Virus record (IMG/VR): IMGVR_UViG_3300023179_000041 | Coordinates: 42,279-106,278 of that record | Reading direction: 5' to 3' (one strand) | DNA length: 64,000 bases | Origin: a virus | Part shown: piece by piece, positions 9,890 through 18,758 of the stretch | Layout: each line of letters opens with the position of its first letter | Numbering within the stretch: position 1 is the first letter of the stretch | Program-made: the position numbers and the translations under genes | Notes under the pieces: model-generated | The model's database searches: none | Told to the model about the DNA's origin: nothing | Seen by the model: the letters and a program-made list of their open reading frames with translations, nothing else

Positions 9890-10984
9890 ATGGCAAAAAT
9901 TGAATTCAGCGTTGGTTTTGTTTCTACCGACTGGTCTCAGGTTGATGGTCAAATAGTGCCAAATGGCTGCACGTGGTACAGATGTATTTTGCCTTCACAT
10001 GAGTTGCTGAAGTCTGGAATAAAATCGGCGGTTGGGCTCATTCAAATTCACGAAAATAGAGGTTTTGGCGTTGGCGGCATCGGGGTGCAAAAAGTAGGTA
10101 CACATAAAATCATTGTGATGAAAGTAATAATGCATAAGTTGGTTCGCGACCATATTAAAAAAGCACAAAAGTACGGCCAAAAAATAGTTGTAGATATCGA
10201 CGATTTGTTTGATGAGATTCATGAAAGCAATATGGCTCACGGCTCGACAGACCCAACAAAAAACAAAGACAACAATCGAGTCATTTATAGTGAAATTATT
10301 GAGGCCTCTGACGCGCTTATTTGCTCGACCCCATTCATAGCGGAACATTACAAAGCAATGTTCCCAAGAAAACCTATATTTGTAATCAGGAATTCAATTG
10401 ATGCCGGTAGATGGATACCATTTAACTCCGTTGAGAGGCAGCCAATTATCGGCTGGCTAGGCGCAACTCCATGGCGCTCATTAGACCTTGAGCAATTATC
10501 TGGTTTTTTCAACGAGTATCTTGAGTCTAGAAATGCAAAATTTCATCATTCGGGATACTTAAAGTGGGCCCCGCTCGCCCATAACAAATTGGGGATTAAG
10601 GATGCAAAGCGCGTAACGGTGTCTCCAATGGTGCCACTTATGGAGTTGCCACAAACATACGCAAACTTTGATATTGGAATTGTGCCGTTAAACGACATAC
10701 CTTTCAATCGAGCAAAATCCTTCATTAAGGGCCTTGAATACGCGGCGGCTGGGATTCCATTTGTTGCTTCTGCACTGCCCGAATATGAATATCTTTCTGC
10801 TTGCGGCATAGGAACGATTGCGTCAAATAAAAGAGAATGGTTTGATGCCCTTGATTCATTGCTGGACGCAGGCAAAAGAGAGAAAGAAAGTTATAGGTGT
10901 AGGAAGATAGTTGAGGCCGATTTTTCTATTCAGGCGCACCGTAAAGAGTGGATTTCCGTGTTTAGGGAGATTGACAAGTTGTAG
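9890..10984 (+). CDS. glycosyltransferase family 4 (tandem paralogue)
   Basis: same motifs as 8810-9886 (PNGCTWYRC, VVDIDD, KGLEYAAAGIPFVAS). Confidence 0.9.
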   Translation: MAKIEFSVGFVSTDWSQVDGQIVPNGCTWYRCILPSHELLKSGIKSAVGLIQIHENRGFGVGGIGVQKVGTHKIIVMKVIMHKLVRDHIKKAQKYGQKIVVDIDDLFDEIHESNMAHGSTDPTKNKDNNRVIYSEIIEASDALICSTPFIAEHYKAMFPRKPIFVIRNSIDAGRWIPFNSVERQPIIGWLGATPWRSLDLEQLSGFFNEYLESRNAKFHHSGYLKWAPLAHNKLGIKDAKRVTVSPMVPLMELPQTYANFDIGIVPLNDIPFNRAKSFIKGLEYAAAGIPFVASALPEYEYLSACGIGTIASNKREWFDALDSLLDAGKREKESYRCRKIVEADFSIQAHRKEWISVFREIDKL

Positions 10985-11033
10985 GACTGCGATATTTTCT
11001 CTATCTGACCAAGAGAAATAGTATGCGGTCAAA

Positions 11034-13172
11034 ATGTCTACTCGCACCCGCATTCGTCGAATCCAGGCCATTGTTTGGCTGATTGCATTTACTGCGTCTC
11101 TTTTTACCTTTGTTAGTTTCCAGTCGCAGCGTGTCGTATTTGCCGACGATGAGCCAACAACAACGACGACGGTTTCCCCTACCACTACAGAGCCCACAAC
11201 AACAACAGTTGAATCTACGACAACAACTGTTGCCATAACTACGACTATTCCGGCGACTACAACTACGGTCGAATCAACTACGACCACTACGGTTTCGCCA
11301 ACTACCACTATAGAACAAGTAACTACGACTACTACGACTGTTCCGCCGACTACAACAACGACAACAGTCCCTCCAACAACAACTACTACCGTTCCCCAGC
11401 AAGTTACGTATACGGCTACGCAATCAACGCGGGACTTTTACTTAGAAATTACAGAAGCGAGAACATTGACAATCAGGACATATGCGCAGTCGTTCGGCAT
11501 TGACTCAATGTTGTGGCTCTACAACTCAAGTAACACAATTCTTGCCGCAAACGACGACTGGTTCGGGCTGGATTCACATATTTCTATTCAACTTCAACCT
11601 GGCACATATCGACTTAGGGCTGGCGTTTGCTGCGGCAACCCGGATGCATGGTACGGAACTTCATACACAATCCAAGCGAATTCTGCATTGGCGCCTACGG
11701 CCGTTACGACTACTACGACTGTTCCGCCGACTACAACTACGACTACAACTACGACTACAACGACAACTACAACGACAACTACAAGTACTACGAGTACTAC
11801 GAGTACAACTACTACGACTGTTCCAACAACTACGACTACGACTACGACTACGACTACGACAAGTACTACGAGTACGACTACTACGACTGTTTATGTAACT
11901 CCGCAGACTACGACGACGACCGCTCCTGTCGTGGAGACAACGCTTCCCCCGACAACAACTGTTCCTGAGCCAGAAGAGACTGCGCCTGAGACGACTGTTC
12001 CTGATGAGACTGAGACGACTGTTCCTGATGAAGCCGAAGAGCCTTCAACAACGACAACCACGATTTTAGAGCCTCAAGAAGAAGACGAAACAACAACAAC
12101 AACAACGACTACTCCTGTTGAGACTGACCCTGGTTTTGAGGCTGAGCCAGATGATGAACAGACCACTCCTCCTGACGAAGAAACAAAGACGCAAGAAGAG
12201 ACACAGTCGACAGAACCAGAAAACCCAGAAAGCCAAACAGAATCAGAATCTCCACAGGACGAAACTGTAACAGAAATAGTTGAAGGGCTTACTGAAGTTC
12301 TAGACGAAGATGCCTCGGCAGAAGATGTGACTGCTGCCGTTGAGGACGTCCTTGAATCAATCACGGATAAGGAAGAGGTAGCCGCCTTAGTCGAGGCAAT
12401 TCTTGATGCAATCACGGAAGATAAGCCTGTCGAGCAGTTGACCGAAGAAGATAAAGAAAAGATTGTAGCGGTGGTAGAAGCAGTCATAAGCGCCGGTATT
12501 GATTCTTCAGTCGCCTCAGAACTGGCTTCTAGCGCTGCGGTTCTTGAGTCTGTTTCTGTTGACCAAGCCAAAACCATTTTTGCTTCAGTAGACGAAAGCG
12601 CCCTGACTGAAGAGGTTGCCGAACAAATAGTTGACGCGGTGCAGGAAGCCCCCTCAGAGATTCGTGAAGTCTTTGAAGACGTCGTCAGCCTGTTCTCCGG
12701 CGCATTCGACTCCTATAAGATGCTCGGTTCAAATATCGATGTTGGGCAACGCCGAACAGTTGTTGCGGCAACTCTTCTAACTTCTGCCGGAGCGGCTTCG
12801 GCCATGCTCGGGACGTCTAGGCCCACCCCTAGCGGGTCTGCCCCGTCTAGTCCGAGCACACGGCAAGACACTGCGACTAGACGGGATGATGAGGAAGAAT
12901 CTGAGCCTGCCGGCGAGATTGCTGGCGACGGTCTGGATTGGATTAGGAGTATAAGTATTTACAAATACGTAAATGGAGTAAAGGTTATGGACTGGAAAGC
13001 ATTCATCAAAAAGTTTGTCTACGGGTTGCTCAATATGGGCTTCACCATCGCTGGCTCCCTTGTTGTGTATTTAACTCTGTCTGGAGCCATTCAGAAGATT
13101 GCTGGCATCTCAACAGTTCTGGCAATCGCTGCCGCTCTATATTTGCACATGAAGGAGCCTGGAGAAGGCTGA
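11034..13172 (+). CDS. mucin-like Thr-rich membrane protein with PPC-like domain
   Basis: N-terminal signal/TM, long Thr runs, DSMLWLY...NDDWFGLDS beta domain, acidic stalk, two C-terminal TM helices. Confidence 0.75.
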   Translation: MSTRTRIRRIQAIVWLIAFTASLFTFVSFQSQRVVFADDEPTTTTTVSPTTTEPTTTTVESTTTTVAITTTIPATTTTVESTTTTTVSPTTTIEQVTTTTTTVPPTTTTTTVPPTTTTTVPQQVTYTATQSTRDFYLEITEARTLTIRTYAQSFGIDSMLWLYNSSNTILAANDDWFGLDSHISIQLQPGTYRLRAGVCCGNPDAWYGTSYTIQANSALAPTAVTTTTTVPPTTTTTTTTTTTTTTTTTTSTTSTTSTTTTTVPTTTTTTTTTTTTSTTSTTTTTVYVTPQTTTTTAPVVETTLPPTTTVPEPEETAPETTVPDETETTVPDEAEEPSTTTTTILEPQEEDETTTTTTTTPVETDPGFEAEPDDEQTTPPDEETKTQEETQSTEPENPESQTESESPQDETVTEIVEGLTEVLDEDASAEDVTAAVEDVLESITDKEEVAALVEAILDAITEDKPVEQLTEEDKEKIVAVVEAVISAGIDSSVASELASSAAVLESVSVDQAKTIFASVDESALTEEVAEQIVDAVQEAPSEIREVFEDVVSLFSGAFDSYKMLGSNIDVGQRRTVVAATLLTSAGAASAMLGTSRPTPSGSAPSSPSTRQDTATRRDDEEESEPAGEIAGDGLDWIRSISIYKYVNGVKVMDWKAFIKKFVYGLLNMGFTIAGSLVVYLTLSGAIQKIAGISTVLAIAAALYLHMKEPGEG
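11705..11920 (+). repeat. ACN trinucleotide low-complexity tract encoding poly-Thr
   Basis: ACTACG/ACAACT repeats. Confidence 0.85.
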
Positions 13173-13221
13173 TTCGCGCTAGACTAATCGCACCAAATAA
13201 CCACAACCCAAAGAGGTGCAA

Positions 13222-13686
13222 ATGCAAGCAGAACAAGACGTCCTAGACATGGCCAAGCGCGAGTGCAAAGGCTTGGCAACAGACGAAGAAATTGCATGGC
13301 TTCACGATGACGAGAACAGATTGGCTTGGTGCCACGCGCTAATCACTGCCCTGTCCGACAGCGAATCTCAAGTTGTATTTCACAAAAGCCGAATTGATAT
13401 GATGGCTAAGGATGTCGAACTTGGGATTAAAGATGCAAACGATTACTACGAGGAAAAGCAAAAATTTGACGAGTGGGTTCGCAAGTCTCAGCGATACCGC
13501 AACGGCATCAGCAAAAGGCTTTCTGAAGTCAAGACCATCCTTGCAGATACGGATGGGTTGGACCTTGTCGAGGAAAACGCCAAACTTGTCAAGGCAATCC
13601 TTGAGCACAAGCGTGCTTCTTTTGATGGCGAATATACAGCCGAGCCGCACGACATAAAACTATGGTCGGTGATTCCAAGCCGGTAA
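13222..13686 (+). CDS. hypothetical coiled-coil protein
   Basis: GAGGTG SD; helical composition. Confidence 0.7.
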   Translation: MQAEQDVLDMAKRECKGLATDEEIAWLHDDENRLAWCHALITALSDSESQVVFHKSRIDMMAKDVELGIKDANDYYEEKQKFDEWVRKSQRYRNGISKRLSEVKTILADTDGLDLVEENAKLVKAILEHKRASFDGEYTAEPHDIKLWSVIPSR

Positions 13687-15854
13687 TTGCTTACGACGTA
13701 GAGCCGTTAGCAAGAGCGTTTAGAAAAATCGCAGCCCTTTGCGATGGCGCAACTGAACAAGATGGAGTTGGCTTTAGTAAGGCTGATTCGCGGTTTGGCG
13801 CTCTTGTTGCACTTCTCCCAAGCAACAAGTGGTCTCCGGCAGTCACATACGTTGCATGGACCATTCTTGCAAACTATGGCTCGCAATTAAAACGTAACGG
13901 AATTGATTACGACTCGATTATTCCACCACCACGACCTGATACATACGCTGGCGCAGACACGGTTTCTCTGATATCTCAATTGCGGCAGAAGGGCGTAAAT
14001 AGGGTTTCGACAAACGGAGAATTGTTTGCAATCGAATGCGAGTATGACGAGCAACTAATTGGAGAATTACAGAAAATAAAAGGTATTGCCTGGAATCCCG
14101 AGGCAAGTATGTGGTTGGCCCCGCTTTCGAGTAGCGAGCAAGTAGCATCTCTTATAAGCCAATACAAATTCAATACAACAAAGGAACTTGACGAAATGGC
14201 TATCGTTCCAACAATCCCAACACAATCGGTTGACCGCTCGATAACCGTATCAAAAGGTGGGCGATTAATTTTCCAATTTCCATACGACCAAGACATAGTT
14301 GCAGAAATCAAGCAATTAAATGGGCGACTTTGGGACGTTAAAAAAAAGGTGTGGACCGCACCACCATCACTTACCGCTGTGGAGATTGCAGACAAATACG
14401 GCTTTGCGATTTCTCAGTCTCTTCGCGACTCATTGCTGAAAGCAGCAAAGCGCGAGACGGAACTTCTTGAAGCCTCAACCTCCACTGATGCGGAAGTTGA
14501 AATCCCGACTCTCTCTGGCACGCTGATGCCGTATCAAAGGGCTGGCGTTGCGTATGCATCTTCTGTCGGCAGATGCCTTATCGCAGACCAGATGGGTCTT
14601 GGCAAGACGGTTGAGGCGATAGCAACGCTTGAGGCAAAAGATGCGTTTCCTGCGGTCGTCGTTTGCCCCGCATCCCTTAAGGAGAACTGGCGCCGCGAGT
14701 TTGCAAAATGGCTTCCCCACAGAACGGTAAATGTCGTATCTGGAAAGACTGATATTGTTGCCTGCGATGTGAACGTAGTGAACTATGACATTCTGTATAA
14801 GTTTGTCGAGCCAATCCAGCACTTGGGACCGAATGGGCTAATCCTTGATGAATCACATTATGTAAAAAATGCTACGTCTAAACGAACTAAGGCGGCAAAA
14901 GAAATAGCGTCATCGATTGGCAACTCTGGTGCGGTTCTGCTGTTGTCTGGAACCCCAGTTATGAACCGTCCATCCGAACTGGTTTCTCAGTTGGAAATAA
15001 TGGGGATGCTGAGCAGATTCGGCGGCAAATGGGCATTCTTGAAACGCTATGCGGCAGCGCACCATAACGGTTTCGGTTGGGATACTGGCGGCGCAAGCAA
15101 TCTCATTGAACTCAATACAAAACTCAGGCAGAACTGTTATATCCGCAGAACAAAAGATGAGGTGCTTCAGGAACTCCCGGACAAAGTTAGAAACGTGGTG
15201 CATCTTGACGCTTCTGGTCCGGGTTTTAGGGAGTATAGGAATGCAGAAAATGACCTAGTTTCTTTTCTTATGGCAAACGGATACAAAGCAAAAGATTCAT
15301 CAGAACATCTGGCAAGAACACAAGTTCTGAAGCGTTTGGCTGCATTGGCAAAAATGGATGCTGTCGAGGAGTGGATTGACTCATTTCTTGAATCGTGCGA
15401 CCGCAAACTTGTCGTGTTTGCACACAACGTAGACATTGTGGACCACTTGTCTGATAAGTACGGCGGCTTGCGAGTTTCTGGACGAGACAGCCTTGAAGAA
15501 CGTCAGCACGCAGTTGACGCATTTCAAAATAACCCAAAAGCGCGTGTGATTATATTGAACCTGCAGGCTGGTGGAGTTGGTATTACATTGACCGCCGGTT
15601 CTGATGTTGTTTTTGTGCAGATGGGCTGGACTCCGGGCGAACACGACCAAGCGGAAGACCGTTGCCACCGAATCGGCCAGAAAAACAACGTTCAAGCATG
15701 GTACTTGCTTGCAGCAGACACGATTGATGAAGATATCTACGACCTTGTTGACACAAAGAGAAAAGTTGTTGATGCCGTTACCGAAGGCGACGAAGTGGAA
15801 CAACAATCAGTTGTAAAAGATTTAATGAAGCGGCTTCTAGCAAAAGCAGAATAA
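13662..15854 (+). CDS. SNF2-family helicase/translocase with two HARP-like repeats
   Basis: LIADQMGLGKT, LILDESH, LLSGTP, QAEDRCHRIGQ; two YD..I..W...W repeats at N-terminus. Confidence 0.9.
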   Translation: MVGDSKPVIAYDVEPLARAFRKIAALCDGATEQDGVGFSKADSRFGALVALLPSNKWSPAVTYVAWTILANYGSQLKRNGIDYDSIIPPPRPDTYAGADTVSLISQLRQKGVNRVSTNGELFAIECEYDEQLIGELQKIKGIAWNPEASMWLAPLSSSEQVASLISQYKFNTTKELDEMAIVPTIPTQSVDRSITVSKGGRLIFQFPYDQDIVAEIKQLNGRLWDVKKKVWTAPPSLTAVEIADKYGFAISQSLRDSLLKAAKRETELLEASTSTDAEVEIPTLSGTLMPYQRAGVAYASSVGRCLIADQMGLGKTVEAIATLEAKDAFPAVVVCPASLKENWRREFAKWLPHRTVNVVSGKTDIVACDVNVVNYDILYKFVEPIQHLGPNGLILDESHYVKNATSKRTKAAKEIASSIGNSGAVLLLSGTPVMNRPSELVSQLEIMGMLSRFGGKWAFLKRYAAAHHNGFGWDTGGASNLIELNTKLRQNCYIRRTKDEVLQELPDKVRNVVHLDASGPGFREYRNAENDLVSFLMANGYKAKDSSEHLARTQVLKRLAALAKMDAVEEWIDSFLESCDRKLVVFAHNVDIVDHLSDKYGGLRVSGRDSLEERQHAVDAFQNNPKARVIILNLQAGGVGITLTAGSDVVFVQMGWTPGEHDQAEDRCHRIGQKNNVQAWYLLAADTIDEDIYDLVDTKRKVVDAVTEGDEVEQQSVVKDLMKRLLAKAE

Positions 15855-15929
15855 TAAAGACCTTAGTCAGACTATACGACTCCTTGGTTGAGACTGTTGG
15901 TGGCAAAAGCCATCAACAAAGGAGTCATC

Positions 15930-16139
15930 ATGGACAAAAAGACCCAGACACTCGACCAAGTTGTTAAGGGCGGCGCTCTTGGCGTCGTTGTTTATCTTTG
16001 CGATAAGTACAGCGTCGACGCGACATTGACTGCTCTTTTGATGCCGCTTGCTGCTGCCGTTTTTGCTTGGGCAAGCACCAAGGTCGGTGACCCATCGGTT
16101 GCTTCATTCCTTGCAAAGAAGGAGCAGGCCAAGAAATAG
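15930..16139 (+). CDS. holin-like small membrane protein
   Basis: two TM helices; GGAG SD; upstream of endolysin. Confidence 0.6.
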   Translation: MDKKTQTLDQVVKGGALGVVVYLCDKYSVDATLTALLMPLAAAVFAWASTKVGDPSVASFLAKKEQAKK

Positions 16140-16158
16140 GTATCGCTACCTCGGACGT

Positions 16159-16193
16159 GTGCGCCCAGTGCGTAAACACTCCGCTGGGCGCAC
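16159..16193 (+). terminator. hairpin between the two holin-like genes
   Basis: GTGCGCCCAG...CTGGGCGCAC inverted repeat. Confidence 0.45.
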
Positions 16194-16210
16194 ACTCTGG
16201 CTGAAAGAAT

Positions 16211-16459
16211 ATGGACCTCATCAAAAACGTACTTTTGCGAATCATCGCGACATTCGTCGTGACTGGCCTTGGAGTTATTGGCGCAGGCACCATTGCTGGC
16301 GTGTCGATAGAAAAGGCAATATTTATGGCCGGAATCGGCGGCGTGGCAAATGTGCTTGAAGGTCTTGCTCGCGCATTTTTGACTGATGGCAAGTTGTCTG
16401 AAGACGAGGTCAATGCTGTCTTTTCAAAAATCGAACAAGAAAATCCAGCAGAGCAATAG
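16211..16459 (+). CDS. holin-like membrane protein
   Basis: two TM helices, DGKLSEDE tail; directly before endolysin. Confidence 0.65.
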   Translation: MDLIKNVLLRIIATFVVTGLGVIGAGTIAGVSIEKAIFMAGIGGVANVLEGLARAFLTDGKLSEDEVNAVFSKIEQENPAEQ

Positions 16460-16468
16460 GAGATACAG

Positions 16469-17323
16469 ATGTCAGAACTGTACATTGATAAATTGACCCC
16501 GCCAAAAGATGTTGCTGGTCATAAACCTGGAAAACTCCCGGATGGTCTGCTTTCAAAAGTTGACGGTGGACGTTTGCACTGGCTTGCTGCGAACGCCTGG
16601 AAAGCGCTCAAGGCCGCTGCCGCTGCAGAAGGAATTGAACTGAAGCCAACATCTGCTGGCGACTTGTATCGTTCTTATGATGCACAACTCAAAGTCTTTC
16701 TTGAGCGTTACACAAAAGAGCCGAATGGGAACAGCACTCGCACATTTGAAGGTGTGAAGTGGTACAAGAAGTCTGAAAAACTGGCCAGCCTTGCCGCGCC
16801 AGGTACCTCTCAGCACAACAGCGGATTGGCAGTAGACGTTCATACCGCAAGCGGCGAACGTCTTAAGTGGATGATTGCAAACTGCCGCAAGTTTGGGTGG
16901 AGTTGGGAAGTTGTTCCAGAAGAGCCATGGCACATCCGTTATACGCAAGGCGATAATGTCCCAGAAGCAGTGAAGGCATGGATGGACGCAAATCCAGCAG
17001 AGGTCTGCAAGGCCGGCGAGGTCACTGCTCCGGCAGAACAGCCCAAACCAGCACCTGCTGCTGCAGCACCTGCTGGAGATGTAGATGCTGCCGTGAAGCG
17101 CGGAAAGACAAATGCTGCCACGAATCCAGTTCTGCAACTTGGCGCAAAAGGTGGTACGGTTCGCACCCTCCAGCAACTGCTCAATAAAGCAGGAGTCAAG
17201 TGCGCGACCGATGGAGACTTCGGTCCGAAGACAGAAGCCGCAGTAAAAGAATTCCAGAAGAAAGTTGGTCTGGAAGAAACCGGCATCGTCAATCACAAGA
17301 CGTGGGCAAAAGTAAATCCGTAG
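16469..17323 (+). CDS. endolysin: M15B (VanY-like) peptidase plus peptidoglycan-binding domain
   Basis: YRSYDAQ, PGTSQHNSGLAVD, EPWH; C-terminal DGDFGPKTEAAVKEFQ. Confidence 0.9.
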   Translation: MSELYIDKLTPPKDVAGHKPGKLPDGLLSKVDGGRLHWLAANAWKALKAAAAAEGIELKPTSAGDLYRSYDAQLKVFLERYTKEPNGNSTRTFEGVKWYKKSEKLASLAAPGTSQHNSGLAVDVHTASGERLKWMIANCRKFGWSWEVVPEEPWHIRYTQGDNVPEAVKAWMDANPAEVCKAGEVTAPAEQPKPAPAAAAPAGDVDAAVKRGKTNAATNPVLQLGAKGGTVRTLQQLLNKAGVKCATDGDFGPKTEAAVKEFQKKVGLEETGIVNHKTWAKVNP

Positions 17324-17408
17324 AGAATACTTCGTCTATACATACAAACCTGTGAGACTTTACCCGTTCGCGAAAGCGAACAACTAGCAGAACAAAGGAG
17401 TCATAACA

Positions 17409-17966
17409 ATGGCTGCATCAACATCCACAATCTCATTTGACGTTCACGACTGCAAGGTCTACCCCGTCACAGCAGATGCCACTGGTGGCATCACCTACGG
17501 CGCAGCCGTTGACGTTCCTGGTATCCAGGAAGTCTCGGTCGAGCCGAACTTCATCTCGGTTGAGTTGAAGGGTGACGGAAAGGTCCTTGCCAAGAAGGGC
17601 AAGGTCGACCGTCTCAACTTCTCCGCAACATACAGCGAACTGAGCCTCGATGTTCTCGCAGCCATCTTCGGTGGTTCGACAACAACAGCAGGCAGTGGCT
17701 CGGCTGAGTCTGCATCGTACGAGTTCGATGGCGACAGCCTTCCGTACTTCAAGATTGAAGTCTTGGTCAATGACCTTGAGTCTGAACTTGCCGAGATGGT
17801 CTTCACGCTGAACAAGTGCCAGATTACTGGTGGCACGATTATGTCTGGCTCGACAGACAACTTCTCGACACCATCGTTTGACGCCGAGGCAATCCTCCCG
17901 ATTGCAACTGGTGTCGGCTTTGGCAAGGTCACGCTCCGCGAGGCCGCTTCGGGTCTTACCGCCTAA
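17409..17966 (+). CDS. major tail protein
   Basis: YGAAVDVPGIQEVSVEP...ELKGD; strong codon bias; AAGGAG SD; followed by terminator, chaperone and tape measure. Confidence 0.8.
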   Translation: MAASTSTISFDVHDCKVYPVTADATGGITYGAAVDVPGIQEVSVEPNFISVELKGDGKVLAKKGKVDRLNFSATYSELSLDVLAAIFGGSTTTAGSGSAESASYEFDGDSLPYFKIEVLVNDLESELAEMVFTLNKCQITGGTIMSGSTDNFSTPSFDAEAILPIATGVGFGKVTLREAASGLTA

Positions 17967-17991
17967 TAACTGAATAGTTCTGCTGGCGCCT

Positions 17992-18033
17992 ACGCCAGTC
18001 TTGGGGATGTGTGTGACCCCAAGGCTGGCGTTT
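17992..18033 (+). terminator. intrinsic terminator after major tail gene
   Basis: ACGCCAGTCTTGGGG...CCCCAAGGCTGGCGT followed by T residues. Confidence 0.6.
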
Positions 18034-18066
18034 GCGCGTTTGTGACCGTGTATGTATGCTGTGTGC

Positions 18067-18597
18067 ATGGACTATACACCGCTAGTACTCAAGAACAAAG
18101 GCGTTCCCTGCCTCTTTGCAAAGACAACCAAAACTGGACCAGCAGAAGAGGATTGGACAAGACAAACAACAGAAGAAGGTGAGCCAATCACAGAAACAAT
18201 TCATGTCAGATTTACAAATAACTCAATTTCTGACATTGAAGAATTTTTTGGCAACCTTGAAAAATGGCAAGAAAGCCTTGAGCAGAAGCCATACAACACA
18301 CTTAGGCAGACACTTGCTTTTGCCTTGAAGCGCTCAATTTATGATATTGGCGAAGCGATGCTCGACGGTGAAATAGTTGGCTACTCAAATGTGATAGGAA
18401 CGGCTTGGTCAATCGCCAATGGCGTGGACCCTATCGTGGCGAGTCGAATGCTCAGCCAGACAATCGCACTCGCCGAAGAAAACAAAAAGCGTCTAGCCGA
18501 AAGTCTGGCTCAAGCACTACCGGATTTGCAGACTGGAAACAGTGGCTCGGACTCTGGGCCCAAACGGGCCAACCGCTCAAAGAATTCTGGGAACTAA
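18067..18597 (+). CDS. tail assembly chaperone (G)
   Basis: lies between major tail and tape measure genes; leaderless start 7 nt after TATGCT. Confidence 0.7.
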   Translation: MDYTPLVLKNKGVPCLFAKTTKTGPAEEDWTRQTTEEGEPITETIHVRFTNNSISDIEEFFGNLEKWQESLEQKPYNTLRQTLAFALKRSIYDIGEAMLDGEIVGYSNVIGTAWSIANGVDPIVASRMLSQTIALAEENKKRLAESLAQALPDLQTGNSGSDSGPKRANRSKNSGN

Positions 18598-18710
18598 GTC
18601 CAGCGCAACTAGCCGTTGTTTTTGAATCGCGCGGCTGGATGAAACAGCGCGCTGGCCAAGAGCAACTTATGTCTTTTGCTGCCCAGATGGGGCTGAAGAT
18701 AGAAAAGTAA
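18483..18710 (+). CDS. tail assembly chaperone -1 frameshift extension (GT); start approximate
   Basis: overlapping -1 frame ORF with FWELSPAQL motif, ending just before the tape measure. Confidence 0.6.
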   Translation, partial: QKASSRKSGSSTTGFADWKQWLGLWAQTGQPLKEFWELSPAQLAVVFESRGWMKQRAGQEQLMSFAAQMGLKIEK

Positions 18711-18758
18711 GGCTTTTCGCAAATTTGACATTTCTGCGGGTTGTGGAAAAATATTTAT

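Noticed and set aside
11627-11968. Tyr/Asp-rich and Arg/Leu-rich ORFs
   Set aside because: Alternative frames of the poly-Thr ACN repeat.
16553-18068. Long minus-strand ORFs over the endolysin and major tail genes, and similar shadows elsewhere
   Set aside because: Antisense shadows of well-supported, codon-biased genes.
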